Shown: positions 8,110 through 16,118 of the stretch, one piece after another
Numbering within the stretch: position 1 is the first letter of the stretch
How the letters are laid out: each line of letters opens with the position of its first letter
NCBI GenBank assembly: GCA_037924335.1
Contig: JAXSMZ010000012.1
Coordinates: 1-24,814 of the forward strand
Length of the DNA stretch: 24,814 nt
Direction of reading: 5' to 3'
Source: Aquificaceae bacterium
Lineage (GTDB): Bacteria > Aquificota > Aquificia > Aquificales > Aquificaceae
Translations under genes and position numbers: made by a program
The notes under the pieces: model-generated
What the model saw: only the letters and a program-made list of their open reading frames with translations
The model's database searches: none
What the model was told of the DNA's origin: nothing

Positions 8110-8775
8110 ATGAGAGGCATGTTAATCTTTGTACTCCTATGTAACTTAGCTTTTGCCGTTACAAAGGAAGATATGGACAAGCTTGTGAGCGATGCTGCAG
8201 CGGTTGTAAGGGAGCTAAAAGCTGAGAAGGATAACCTGCCAGAAGAGCTTTTAAAAGGAGCTAAGGGAGTAGTTGTATGCCCAGGTTTTATAAAGGGTGC
8301 CTTTGTCGTCGGAGCATCCGGTGGTAAGTGTGCTGCAAGCGTAAAGGACCCAAAGACAGGGAATTGGAGTGTTCCAGCCTTCTACAAATTGGCTCAAGCC
8401 TCCATAGGATTCCAGTTGGGCGTTGAATCTATAGACCTACTTCTTGTTGTTAAAACTGAAAGGGGTGTTAGAAGCCTTCTGAGGAGTAAGGTCAAACTGG
8501 GTGGTGATGTGTCCTTGGCTGCAGGTCCCGTGGGAAGGTCTGCCTCTGCAGGTACAGATGTAACTCTAAAGGCTGATATCTACTCATACTCAAAAGCAAG
8601 GGGGGTTTTTGCTGGAGTTTCACTCCAAGGTGGTGCCCTCATTCCGGATAAGGATGGTATGAAGGCTTACTATGGTAAAACGACCGAAGCTAAGCAAGTC
8701 CTTTACGGAAAAGTAAAAGCGCCAAGTTCAGCTTCTACTTTCTTACAGGCCTTGGAGGAGGCTAGCGGTTTCTGA
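8110..8775 (+). CDS. Exported lipid-binding SYLF (YSC84/DUF500) domain protein
   Basis: Signal peptide (AFA), KGAFVVGASGG, WSVP.F, SIGFQLG, AAGPVGR, YSYSKARGVFAGVSL.G; ATG 8110 after GGAGGTGA. Confidence 0.88.
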   Translation: MRGMLIFVLLCNLAFAVTKEDMDKLVSDAAAVVRELKAEKDNLPEELLKGAKGVVVCPGFIKGAFVVGASGGKCAASVKDPKTGNWSVPAFYKLAQASIGFQLGVESIDLLLVVKTERGVRSLLRSKVKLGGDVSLAAGPVGRSASAGTDVTLKADIYSYSKARGVFAGVSLQGGALIPDKDGMKAYYGKTTEAKQVLYGKVKAPSSASTFLQALEEASGF

Positions 8776-8795
8776 TATAAATAGGTATCTATACC

Positions 8796-8814
8796 CTGGG
8801 TGAGAAATTTCTGA
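8796..8814 (+). repeat. Left copy of 19-bp inverted repeat (internally palindromic core TGAGAAATTTCTGA)
   Basis: CTGGGTGAGAAATTTCTGA matches the reverse complement of 9150-9168 (CCGGGTGAGAAATATCTCA) at 16/19 positions, including 11 contiguous. Confidence 0.7.
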
Positions 8815-8834
8815 CTTGGTATATACTTAATCCT

Positions 8835-9148
8835 ATGGCAGTGTTAACCGAGGTGGCTCTTCAGAAGAAGTTGGAGCTGAGAGAAGACCTTACAAAAGAG
8901 CTCGTAACAAAGGCTGAGTTTTATGAGGAAACAAAGACCCTACGCCAAGAGATAGAGCTTGTCCGTCAGGAGATACAAACCATGAAGGTTGAGATTGAAG
9001 GGAGGATAAACGAAGCTAAGAAGGAAGTTTAATCTAAGCTCTCTGCAAGGATGGACAGGTTGGAGATATGATCCTTCTGCTTATAATAGCTCTCACTCTT
9101 ATGAACCCCGTGGTCGCTGAGATAATAAAGAGCCTTCTTATAAAGTAA
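8835..9148 (+). pseudogene. Degraded coiled-coil protein with C-terminal membrane anchor (DUF1640/CCDC90-like)
   Basis: ORF 8835-9032 (ELVTKAEF + heptad repeats) stops at TAA 9030. The same frame continues SKLSARMDRLEI to TGA 9069, and the -1 frame 9068-9148 gives the hydrophobic tail MILLLIIALTLMNPVVAEIIKSLLIK*. TATACT -10 box at 8822-8827. Family name is from pattern recognition. Confidence 0.7.
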
Positions 9149-9149
9149 T

Positions 9150-9168
9150 TGAGATATTTCTCACCCGG
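9150..9168 (-). repeat. Right copy of 19-bp inverted repeat (palindromic core TGAGA-TATT-TCTCA)
   Basis: See left copy; begins 1 nt after the pseudogene's terminal TAA and overlaps the expected -35 region of the dapA promoter. Confidence 0.7.
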
Positions 9169-9178
9169 CGTGTTTAGA

Positions 9179-9187
9179 TGTTATAAT
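9179..9187 (+). promoter_or_regulatory. Extended -10 promoter of dapA (probably leaderless)
   Basis: TGT-TATAAT, 6 nt before ATG 9194, no SD. Confidence 0.7.
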
Positions 9188-9193
9188 TTAACC

Positions 9194-10081
9194 ATGTTTC
9201 AGGGGTCGATAGTAGCACTCATTACACCTTTCAAGGATGGAGAAGTTGATTATCCTAAGCTTGAGGAGTTTATAGAGTTTCACATAAGAAATCAAACAGA
9301 CGCCATAGTCATATGCGGAACTACGGGTGAGTCTGCCACCCTTACCTTTGAGGAGCATGAAAAGCTTATAGAACACACTGTAAAGCATGCCAAAGGAAGG
9401 ATAAAAATCATAGCTGGTACTGGAGCAAACGCCACCCATGAGGCAGTAGAGCTCACATACCACGCAAAGCATGTAGGGGCAGACGCATGTCTTTTGGTAG
9501 CTCCATACTACAACAAGCCAACCCAAGAGGGTATATACAGACACTTCAAAACAGTAGCAGAAGAGATAGACATTCCTATAATCCTCTACAACATACCCTC
9601 AAGGACTGGCATAGAGATATCTGTAGATACCATATACAGATTGGCAAAGGACTGCCCCAACATAGTAGCATCAAAAGAGTCAACTCCCAACATGGACAGA
9701 ATATCTGAGCTTGTCAAGCTCATGGGAGACAACTTTACTATACTTTCTGGTGATGACTCTTTGACACTGCCCATGATGTCCATCGGTGCAAAGGGCGTTA
9801 TATCGGTAGCAAGCAATATAGTGCCGAGAGAGGTAAAGAGTTTAGTAGACCATGTTTTAAATGGAGACATAAAAAGAGCTATGGAGCTTCACCTTTACCT
9901 CTTTGACCTTTTTAAAATGCTTTTTATAGAAACAAATCCAATACCGGTAAAAACGGCATGCTGGGCATTGGGTATGTGTGAGAAAGAGTTCAGGTTACCG
10001 CTGTGTGAGATGAAACCGGAAAACGAGAGAAAACTCATAGAGATGCTTAAAAGGTACAACCTTCCAGTGGTGAGGGAGTGA
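9194..10081 (+). CDS. dapA: 4-hydroxy-tetrahydrodipicolinate synthase
   Basis: Starts MFQGSIVALITPF (ATG 9194); GTTGESATL, PYYNKPTQEG, LYNIPSRTG, catalytic K in SKES, SGDD, ETNPIPVK. Confidence 0.98.
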   Translation: MFQGSIVALITPFKDGEVDYPKLEEFIEFHIRNQTDAIVICGTTGESATLTFEEHEKLIEHTVKHAKGRIKIIAGTGANATHEAVELTYHAKHVGADACLLVAPYYNKPTQEGIYRHFKTVAEEIDIPIILYNIPSRTGIEISVDTIYRLAKDCPNIVASKESTPNMDRISELVKLMGDNFTILSGDDSLTLPMMSIGAKGVISVASNIVPREVKSLVDHVLNGDIKRAMELHLYLFDLFKMLFIETNPIPVKTACWALGMCEKEFRLPLCEMKPENERKLIEMLKRYNLPVVRE

Positions 10082-10082
10082 T

Positions 10083-10475
10083 ATGGCTAAGTTCTTGTTG
10101 TTTCTGAATGCCTTCTATCTTGGACTTGCTTCATTTTTTAGCTTCTATGTGGCATCTACACTCTTTAGAGTTCTTGAAAAGGAGCTGGCTGGGAAAGTTG
10201 TAGAAAGAGTGTTCCCAGTATACTTTGGCATTGGTCTACTGATCGCTTTCCTTTCTTTCCTTATGACTCTAAGGCTTAGCAAACTTCTTGCCTTCCTTTT
10301 TCTTGTAAACCTTCTCGTACTTTCCTTTCAGGAGTTTTATATCCTGCCTATGTCCCATCAATTAAAAACGGTGGACTATCAAGCCTTTATGAGATGGCAT
10401 GGTGTGTCAATGGTCTTGAACCTCATCAGCTTGCTTATAGTCTTTATATCATGCCTACTTCTGATAAAGAAGTAA
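10083..10475 (+). CDS. DUF4149 (TMEM205-like) membrane protein
   Basis: 4 TM segments; F..L....AG.V...VFP.YF and F..WHGVSM.LN patterns. Confidence 0.75.
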   Translation: MAKFLLFLNAFYLGLASFFSFYVASTLFRVLEKELAGKVVERVFPVYFGIGLLIAFLSFLMTLRLSKLLAFLFLVNLLVLSFQEFYILPMSHQLKTVDYQAFMRWHGVSMVLNLISLLIVFISCLLLIKK

Positions 10476-10831
10476 TAGAGATAGTACTCTCTGGGATTCC
10501 AGTACCAAAAAGTAACAGATACATAAGAAGGAAGGGAGGTAAGGTTTTCAAACCACCGAGAGTAAAAAATTGGGAGGTGAGAGCTCTTTGGGAGATAAAA
10601 GAGCAGTATAAGAATGATCCATTGGATGGTAAGCTTTCCATGGATGTACTTCTGATCTTACCCAACAACAGAAAGAGGGACATAGACAACATGTTAAAGA
10701 GCCTATGGGATGTTCTGGAAAAGGCCAAAGTTATAAGGAACGATAACCAGATATACGAGATAAGGACTGTAAAGAAGGTAATAAAGGGTGAGAAAAGAAC
10801 AGTGGTAAGGATAAAAGAATACAAAGAATAG
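10451..10831 (+). CDS. rusA: RusA family Holliday junction resolvase
   Basis: P.PKSN.Y..., RDIDN.LK...D.L..A.VI.ND.QI catalytic motif; start ATG 10451 inferred. Confidence 0.9.
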   Translation: MPTSDKEVIEIVLSGIPVPKSNRYIRRKGGKVFKPPRVKNWEVRALWEIKEQYKNDPLDGKLSMDVLLILPNNRKRDIDNMLKSLWDVLEKAKVIRNDNQIYEIRTVKKVIKGEKRTVVRIKEYKE

Positions 10832-10832
10832 G

Positions 10833-13178
10833 TCACCTTTCTATGGGAATAAGGACTATGCCAAGGTCGTTTACAAGTTCCCCCTTATCCTTCAGTTTAA
10901 GTTCTGTATAAACTGTCTTGCCATCAACATCCAGCCTTACCTTGTATGTTCCCGGTCTTAGACCCTCTAAGTAGAATTCTCCTGCCTTACCAGTTTGAGC
11001 CTTCATCTCCTTTTCTGTTCCTCTTTCGTACAGTGCAATACAATTTTTCTTACTTTCTGGCAATTCTTGCAAGTTCTCTATTGTAAACTCATAAAATTCC
11101 AAGGGCTTTTTCTCTCCAGTGTCCAAGTAATATACTTTGAAATATCCAGAGTATCTGTAAACTCTCTCTACAGAGAAGTCTATACAGAACCCACTTTTAA
11201 ACCAAGGGGATACGGCAATCTCATTTTTTGGAATATTGTACTCAAGTGGTATTTCTTTGTCGTTTATTTTTATGATGTTATCATAATAAGAGCTCAGCTC
11301 TGGAAGGAAGATAAAACCTTTTCTATTGGTCTTGCCTATGGGCTGACCATTCAAGCTTACTGTTACATCTCTTACATCACCAACTCTAAAAAGGCCGAAG
11401 CTATCCGATACGGGTCTGGTTATACCTATAGTTCCGTCCACATAGGCGATAGCTCCAGAGTAAGTAACCCTTGACCTCTCGTAAGAATCTCTGAAATATC
11501 CCTCAGCTTCGACAACTCCGTACCTTGACCTATACTGAATATATGGGTTTATAGCCTCGCTGGATGATGTTCTTTCTAAGCTCATCCTGTAGCCATAGCC
11601 TTCACCGACCGGGGGTATTTTAGAAAACTGGAGGACCTGAGACTGTGAACCTAAGATGTCCTGATGCATTGCGGATGCTGTAAAGTTCATCCGAGGGTAA
11701 AGATTTACTCCCACAAAGAAGCTGTATGAATTATCCTTTCCAAAGTTCTTTGTAAAGTTTAAGAAAAAGTTTAACACCCCTCTAAAGGTCTTATTGTACA
11801 CCAAGTTAAGGGAGTTCTTCTCTTCGTCCTTGAACCTGTTGTGAACCATATCCACACTCAGGCTACCAAGTGAAGGCAAAAAGTAGCTGGCTCCCATCGA
11901 AAAACTTCCCCTCAATGCTTTTGTTTGATAGTAACTACCATTGTAGTTTTCGGAGGCATAAAGCCCAGTAGCCCTAAAACCTAAACTCTGTTTGGTGTAG
12001 CTGTAAGAAGACATAAGAGCATAACCTTTTTGAGCCCTTAAGTAGCTATTTGAACCCAAAAGACTTAAAACTCCATAACGATTTAGTAATACCCTTGCCT
12101 CACCGCTCACGTTATAAAAATTTTTTCCCGGTATCGCAATGACCTGACCTCCAAAATTTAAGTAATTGCTAAAGCCATACCTTTCAAGGAAAAAGAGACC
12201 AAGATGGGTGTATCTGCTGTTTGTAAAGCCTTCTCTCAGAAATCCAACAGAGTAGTTAAACTCCCTTATCCCTTCTTTTAACATCAGGTCTGTAAAGTAA
12301 AGGGGATAGGATATCTCTTGAACTCTTCCGAAAGGATCTCTAACAACAATTCTTATGTCCTTCCTGCCTCCGTAATAGTATATGTCTTCAAGGTTGAGTT
12401 GACCTGGTGGTACTGTTTCCTTTCTGATCAGGACACCATCCAGATAGACTTCCAGATCGGAGCGGTATGGTATCAGAGTTTTTATGTCAAAGGTAGGTCT
12501 GTAAATAAAATAAGGGTCTATTTTGAAGTTTCTAAAATAGCTTATACCTACCATGTTGCTTCCAAAGGTTGTGGGTGTTGCTGGAGTGATAAAATCTCCT
12601 AATATCAATCTGTTCAGGCTCTGTCTATTGTCCATGTATAACCCAGTGGTAAGCCTTGTATATCTGTTTGATTCAGAAGAGTAAAAACCTCTTGTAAGGA
12701 AAGTAAACCTATCCATCCTTACCCCCAGCTCATGGTTCACAAACAGGTTCTTTCTTCCTTCAATGTTTGAATAGTCAAAACTGTAATTTAAAAAAGTACT
12801 GTTTTGCTCTGGTACTATCACATCCTGTCTTCTTGTTGGATAAAAGCTTATCCTCTTTTCTGGCAAGAGGTTGGGCGGAACTATCAAATTTAACTCAAGT
12901 CTGTCCTCATTGAACTCAAATTTTATCTCCTTCCAGCTGCTAAGGTCTATGTACTCTTTTCCATCTATGTTTGTTTTGGACCCTTCCACTCTTTTAATTC
13001 CCATCTTCACAAGGTCTTCTACTGGTAGGTATATTTTTTTACCTTCAAGGAGACCGATCGTATCTCCTTTTTTCTCAGCATTTATTATCAATGAAAGAAC
13101 GACCTCCTCCCTTGCAAAGGCAGAGCTAAAAAAACTAACGATAACAATCCCTATTAGTAATTTCAAGCTCGCCTTCAC
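10833..13178 (-). CDS. Fimbrial outer-membrane usher protein (archaic Csu/sigma clade)
   Basis: 781 aa, signal peptide, FLNY, RL.LGD, EVYLDG....VPPG, DPFGR, YSVGFLR, G.TN..G, C-terminal G.FYLEGL.PG.Y; follows chaperone and pilin genes. Confidence 0.9.
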   Translation of the reverse strand: MKASLKLLIGIVIVSFFSSAFAREEVVLSLIINAEKKGDTIGLLEGKKIYLPVEDLVKMGIKRVEGSKTNIDGKEYIDLSSWKEIKFEFNEDRLELNLIVPPNLLPEKRISFYPTRRQDVIVPEQNSTFLNYSFDYSNIEGRKNLFVNHELGVRMDRFTFLTRGFYSSESNRYTRLTTGLYMDNRQSLNRLILGDFITPATPTTFGSNMVGISYFRNFKIDPYFIYRPTFDIKTLIPYRSDLEVYLDGVLIRKETVPPGQLNLEDIYYYGGRKDIRIVVRDPFGRVQEISYPLYFTDLMLKEGIREFNYSVGFLREGFTNSRYTHLGLFFLERYGFSNYLNFGGQVIAIPGKNFYNVSGEARVLLNRYGVLSLLGSNSYLRAQKGYALMSSYSYTKQSLGFRATGLYASENYNGSYYQTKALRGSFSMGASYFLPSLGSLSVDMVHNRFKDEEKNSLNLVYNKTFRGVLNFFLNFTKNFGKDNSYSFFVGVNLYPRMNFTASAMHQDILGSQSQVLQFSKIPPVGEGYGYRMSLERTSSSEAINPYIQYRSRYGVVEAEGYFRDSYERSRVTYSGAIAYVDGTIGITRPVSDSFGLFRVGDVRDVTVSLNGQPIGKTNRKGFIFLPELSSYYDNIIKINDKEIPLEYNIPKNEIAVSPWFKSGFCIDFSVERVYRYSGYFKVYYLDTGEKKPLEFYEFTIENLQELPESKKNCIALYERGTEKEMKAQTGKAGEFYLEGLRPGTYKVRLDVDGKTVYTELKLKDKGELVNDLGIVLIPIER

Positions 13179-13863
13179 GTTTGAATCCTATCCCCAAGAT
13201 TTCAAATCTTAAGCTGCTGATCTTTTCGCAGTCTTCTATTTTTTCGCTGAATACCCTTCTTGCTCCAGCTAATACATACCATCCCTCTATGTTCTTAGAA
13301 AAAACCTCCCTTCCTTGGGCATCTACGCCTCTAAGCTTTATGCTGTTTATTCTTATATGAATGTTGCCCGTGTTTTGAATCTCTAATACAAAAGTACCAT
13401 TTTCAACAGCCTTCTTTGTGATCACCCACCTTATATCATCCTTCAGAGGCTTTACAAAGACCGGCACACCTATTCTTAAAGCTATGCGTAAGACTGCTTC
13501 CTCCTTGATAACAGAGGATGGGATTTCTTCTATATATAGCCTATAGGCTCTCTCCTTAATTGGATTCAAGGTCTTTATTCCTATCCTTATAACTTTTTCT
13601 TTACCTGGTTCCAAAGTAAAGATTTTTGGGAAAAACAAGATATCCTGGGTATCTTTATAAACATCATTTCCTTCGCTGTCCTGTGTCCACTCCATAGCTT
13701 TCACTTGAAAGTTAATGGGAACACTGCCCACATTGTAGACAGTCGTGGAAGATGTCCTATCATTAGGACTGAGCTCTATCTTGATGGGAGATACTTTCCA
13801 ATCGGAGGGAAAAACCGGGCTGAAAAAAATTAAAAAGAAAAGAAGGGGAAGCAAAATACCCAC
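13135..13863 (-). CDS. Periplasmic fimbrial chaperone (PapD/CsuC-like)
   Basis: VSP.KI.L, W.Q...G.D, FFP.IF.L.PG....IRIG, E.AYRL.IEEIP, PVFV.P, NTGN.H.R. Confidence 0.9.
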   Translation of the reverse strand: MGILLPLLFFLIFFSPVFPSDWKVSPIKIELSPNDRTSSTTVYNVGSVPINFQVKAMEWTQDSEGNDVYKDTQDILFFPKIFTLEPGKEKVIRIGIKTLNPIKERAYRLYIEEIPSSVIKEEAVLRIALRIGVPVFVKPLKDDIRWVITKKAVENGTFVLEIQNTGNIHIRINSIKLRGVDAQGREVFSKNIEGWYVLAGARRVFSEKIEDCEKISSLRFEILGIGFKREGELEITNRDCYR

Positions 13864-13894
13864 AGATACGCTCCTTTTTTATTTATGTCTTTTC

Positions 13895-14359
13895 TTATGG
13901 ATTTACAGTTAGGGTTACTATGTCAGTATACAGACCACCAGGCTTACCTTGGAAGTCTACCACCCTAAAAGTTGCCTGCGTGTTTACTGTTATTGGAATT
14001 AAAGCCTGAGCTGAACCGCTTTTTGGGTTCCAATCGAATTGGTAAGGGATATATTCGTTAGCAACTGCATTGAAGACTCGCCTATTTTGACCATCATAAT
14101 GAAGGCCGTTGTCTGCGTTTATTGTATAGTTAGTGTTGCCCGTGCAGGTTATTGCCAATGGGGGGACACCTTGAGCTGTTACATCACCTTGAGCCGGATC
14201 AAGGGTTGCTGTAATGGTTGAAGCTGGTACAGTAAAAGAGCAATAGGTCAAAAGTGTGGCATTTATGGTCACCACTCCGTTTGGGGGAGCAGCATTCACA
14301 TAAGAGCCAGCCGCCATTAAGCCCAAAGCTCCTACAACCGCCAAAATTTTTCTTCTCAT
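13895..14359 (-). CDS. Spore-coat-U (SCPU)/Csu-type pilin subunit, 154 aa
   Basis: AAGGAGG SD then ATG 14359 (MRRKILAVV...); signal peptide; Cys pair (TYCSF, ITCT), Y.I..DNG, I.Y, C-terminal PGG.YTD.VTLTV. Confidence 0.85.
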   Translation of the reverse strand: MRRKILAVVGALGLMAAGSYVNAAPPNGVVTINATLLTYCSFTVPASTITATLDPAQGDVTAQGVPPLAITCTGNTNYTINADNGLHYDGQNRRVFNAVANEYIPYQFDWNPKSGSAQALIPITVNTQATFRVVDFQGKPGGLYTDIVTLTVNP

Positions 14360-14394
14360 AGCTTCTACCTCCTTATAAAGTTTTGCTACTTGAT

Positions 14395-14403
14395 ATTTTA
14401 CCA
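14395..14403 (-). promoter_or_regulatory. Putative extended -10 promoter of pilus operon
   Basis: Minus strand TGG-TAAAAT about 35 nt upstream of the pilin ATG. Confidence 0.5.
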
Positions 14404-14473
14404 TTTTTTTAATGATCTTAGTCATATTTTTTATGATTGATCTTCCATTAATGGCTTTTTACAGGATGCTTTA

Positions 14474-15841
14474 CTACTGAGTATTCTTTAGGTACTCTGT
14501 GGGGTCAAGGGGTGCACCATCTTTTGCTCTAATCTCAAAATGCAGCATACACTCATCTGAACCGCTCTTGCTACCAACCATAGCTATATCTTGCCCCTTG
14601 CTCACCGAATCCCCTCTTTTTACTAAGTTTTTGGAGTTATATGCATAAAGGGATATAAAGTTATCGTGTTCTATGATCACCATGTTTCCATAAGCCTGTA
14701 AGTCTCCACCGCTGTAAATGACCTTTCCATCTTCCACGCTCTTTACAGCACTTTCGCACTTGGTAACTATGTCAACGCCTCTAGTTGCTTTTACAATTTT
14801 TCCATCGACTGGCATCTGTATACTATGCTTACCAATGTTTACCTCTCCATGGTTGGCAACGTTCTTCTCTCCGTTGCTTTCCTCAACTATCCTTAGAGGT
14901 TTCTCTTCACGTTTTGAGACGCTAATCTCATGCTTCCCCTTTACAGGAATAAGAAGGGTCTTTCCAACCAAAGCCTTCCTGCTTTTAAGATCGTTAGCTT
15001 TCACTATTTCATCCACAGATACATGGTACTTTTTGGCTATAGAACTCAGAGTCTCTCCCTTTCTCACCCTGTGCTTTACAAATTCCTTGGCTTCTTTTGG
15101 CACCTTCACTTTGACTCCCTTAGCAAGAAATTTGTTCTTATACTCTGGATTTAGACTTTCCAGGTCATCAAGAGGTACACCGAGTTTTTTAGCCACATCC
15201 TTAAGCCTTCCTCCCCTTTGCATGGTGTAATATGTGTAACTTCCTTTTGAAGGGGAATGCCCTTTCTCTATAGTTTCTTCTTGTTTTTTAGGTATTTTTA
15301 TCTTTGTTCCCTTAGAGAGCCACCTGTTTCTGTACTCTGAGTTTAACTCCTCAAGCTCTTTTAGGGGAACTCCTAATTTTTTAGCAGCATCGCTAAGCCT
15401 TCCGCCCCTTTGAATTGTATAGTAGGTATAGTCCTTCTCTCTCCTTTTAGCCACAGCCTGACCTTTGGCTGGAATGAGAAGCTCCTGACCTGCCAAGACC
15501 TTTTTACTTCTTAGGTTGTTAGCCTTTGCTATCTCATCCACAGATATACCGTACTTTTCTGCTATAGAGCTTAGGCTCTCCCCTTTCTTTACCTTATGCT
15601 TTACAAAATGCCCTTTGCTCTTAGCTATGGTTTTCTGTGGTATGCATATTCGCTTTCCAGTGATAAGCTTACCTTTGTCAAGTCCTCTGTTGGCAGATAT
15701 GATATCTTCTACGGTTAGTCCCTTCTTCTCTGCTATGTCCCAAATGGTGTCTCCCTTTTGAACTTTATAGTATTCACACTCTGTAGCATAAGCTGTACTA
15801 AATATAACGCTAATACTTAATAACAAAACCTCTTTCTTCAT
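14474..15841 (-). CDS. Multi-LysM (5x) protein with C-terminal M23/LytM domain (NlpD-like)
   Basis: Signal peptide, five LysM-type repeats, then P..G.I, GVDI, YGNMVIIEH, V.KGQ.IA.VG, LHFEIR, PLDP..YL. Confidence 0.88.
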   Translation of the reverse strand: MKKEVLLLSISVIFSTAYATECEYYKVQKGDTIWDIAEKKGLTVEDIISANRGLDKGKLITGKRICIPQKTIAKSKGHFVKHKVKKGESLSSIAEKYGISVDEIAKANNLRSKKVLAGQELLIPAKGQAVAKRREKDYTYYTIQRGGRLSDAAKKLGVPLKELEELNSEYRNRWLSKGTKIKIPKKQEETIEKGHSPSKGSYTYYTMQRGGRLKDVAKKLGVPLDDLESLNPEYKNKFLAKGVKVKVPKEAKEFVKHRVRKGETLSSIAKKYHVSVDEIVKANDLKSRKALVGKTLLIPVKGKHEISVSKREEKPLRIVEESNGEKNVANHGEVNIGKHSIQMPVDGKIVKATRGVDIVTKCESAVKSVEDGKVIYSGGDLQAYGNMVIIEHDNFISLYAYNSKNLVKRGDSVSKGQDIAMVGSKSGSDECMLHFEIRAKDGAPLDPTEYLKNTQ

Positions 15842-16082
15842 GTCTTTCTGCCTCCTTTCTTATTTCTATAGCTTCTACTGTGGCAAGAGGTGGTCCATAG
15901 GAAAGCTTCTTTAGAAAGTCCCACACCACATCCTCTTCCCCCTGGACGAATATTTCAACGGTACCATCCGGTGCATTCCTTACCCATCCATTGAGTCCGT
16001 AGCTCTCTGCAATCCTTCTAGTATAAGCTCTAAAGCCAACACCTTGGACTTCACCCCTTACTATTACCCTATAGGCAGGCAT
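15810..16082 (-). CDS. acyP: Acylphosphatase
   Basis: V.G.VQGVGFR, GWVRN..DGTVE, GPP.A.V. Confidence 0.95.
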   Translation of the reverse strand: MPAYRVIVRGEVQGVGFRAYTRRIAESYGLNGWVRNAPDGTVEIFVQGEEDVVWDFLKKLSYGPPLATVEAIEIRKEAERHEERGFVIKY

Positions 16083-16118
16083 AGAAAAATTTTAACGGAA
16101 AAGGATGGGTATATAAAC

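Noticed and set aside
6167..8180. Minus-strand ORFs 6167-6433, 6454-7041, 7134-7367, 7833-8180
   Set aside because: Fully antisense to lptC/lptA/HU/GGR; composition typical of shadow frames.
8801..9163. Fur box interpretation of the TGAGAAATTTCTCA-like dyads
   Set aside because: 14-bp 7-0-7 geometry rather than the 7-1-7 Fur core, and neighbouring genes are not iron related.
9149..9193. 15-aa N-terminal extension of DapA from TTG 9149
   Set aside because: Homologue-like N-terminus begins at ATG 9194 and the extension spans the promoter.
14384..14403. Sigma54 promoter for the pilus operon
   Set aside because: Minus-strand GG and GC are separated by 13 nt, not the required 10.
14360..14425. 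22-aa N-terminal extension of the pilin ORF
   Set aside because: Strong SD and signal peptide start at ATG 14359.
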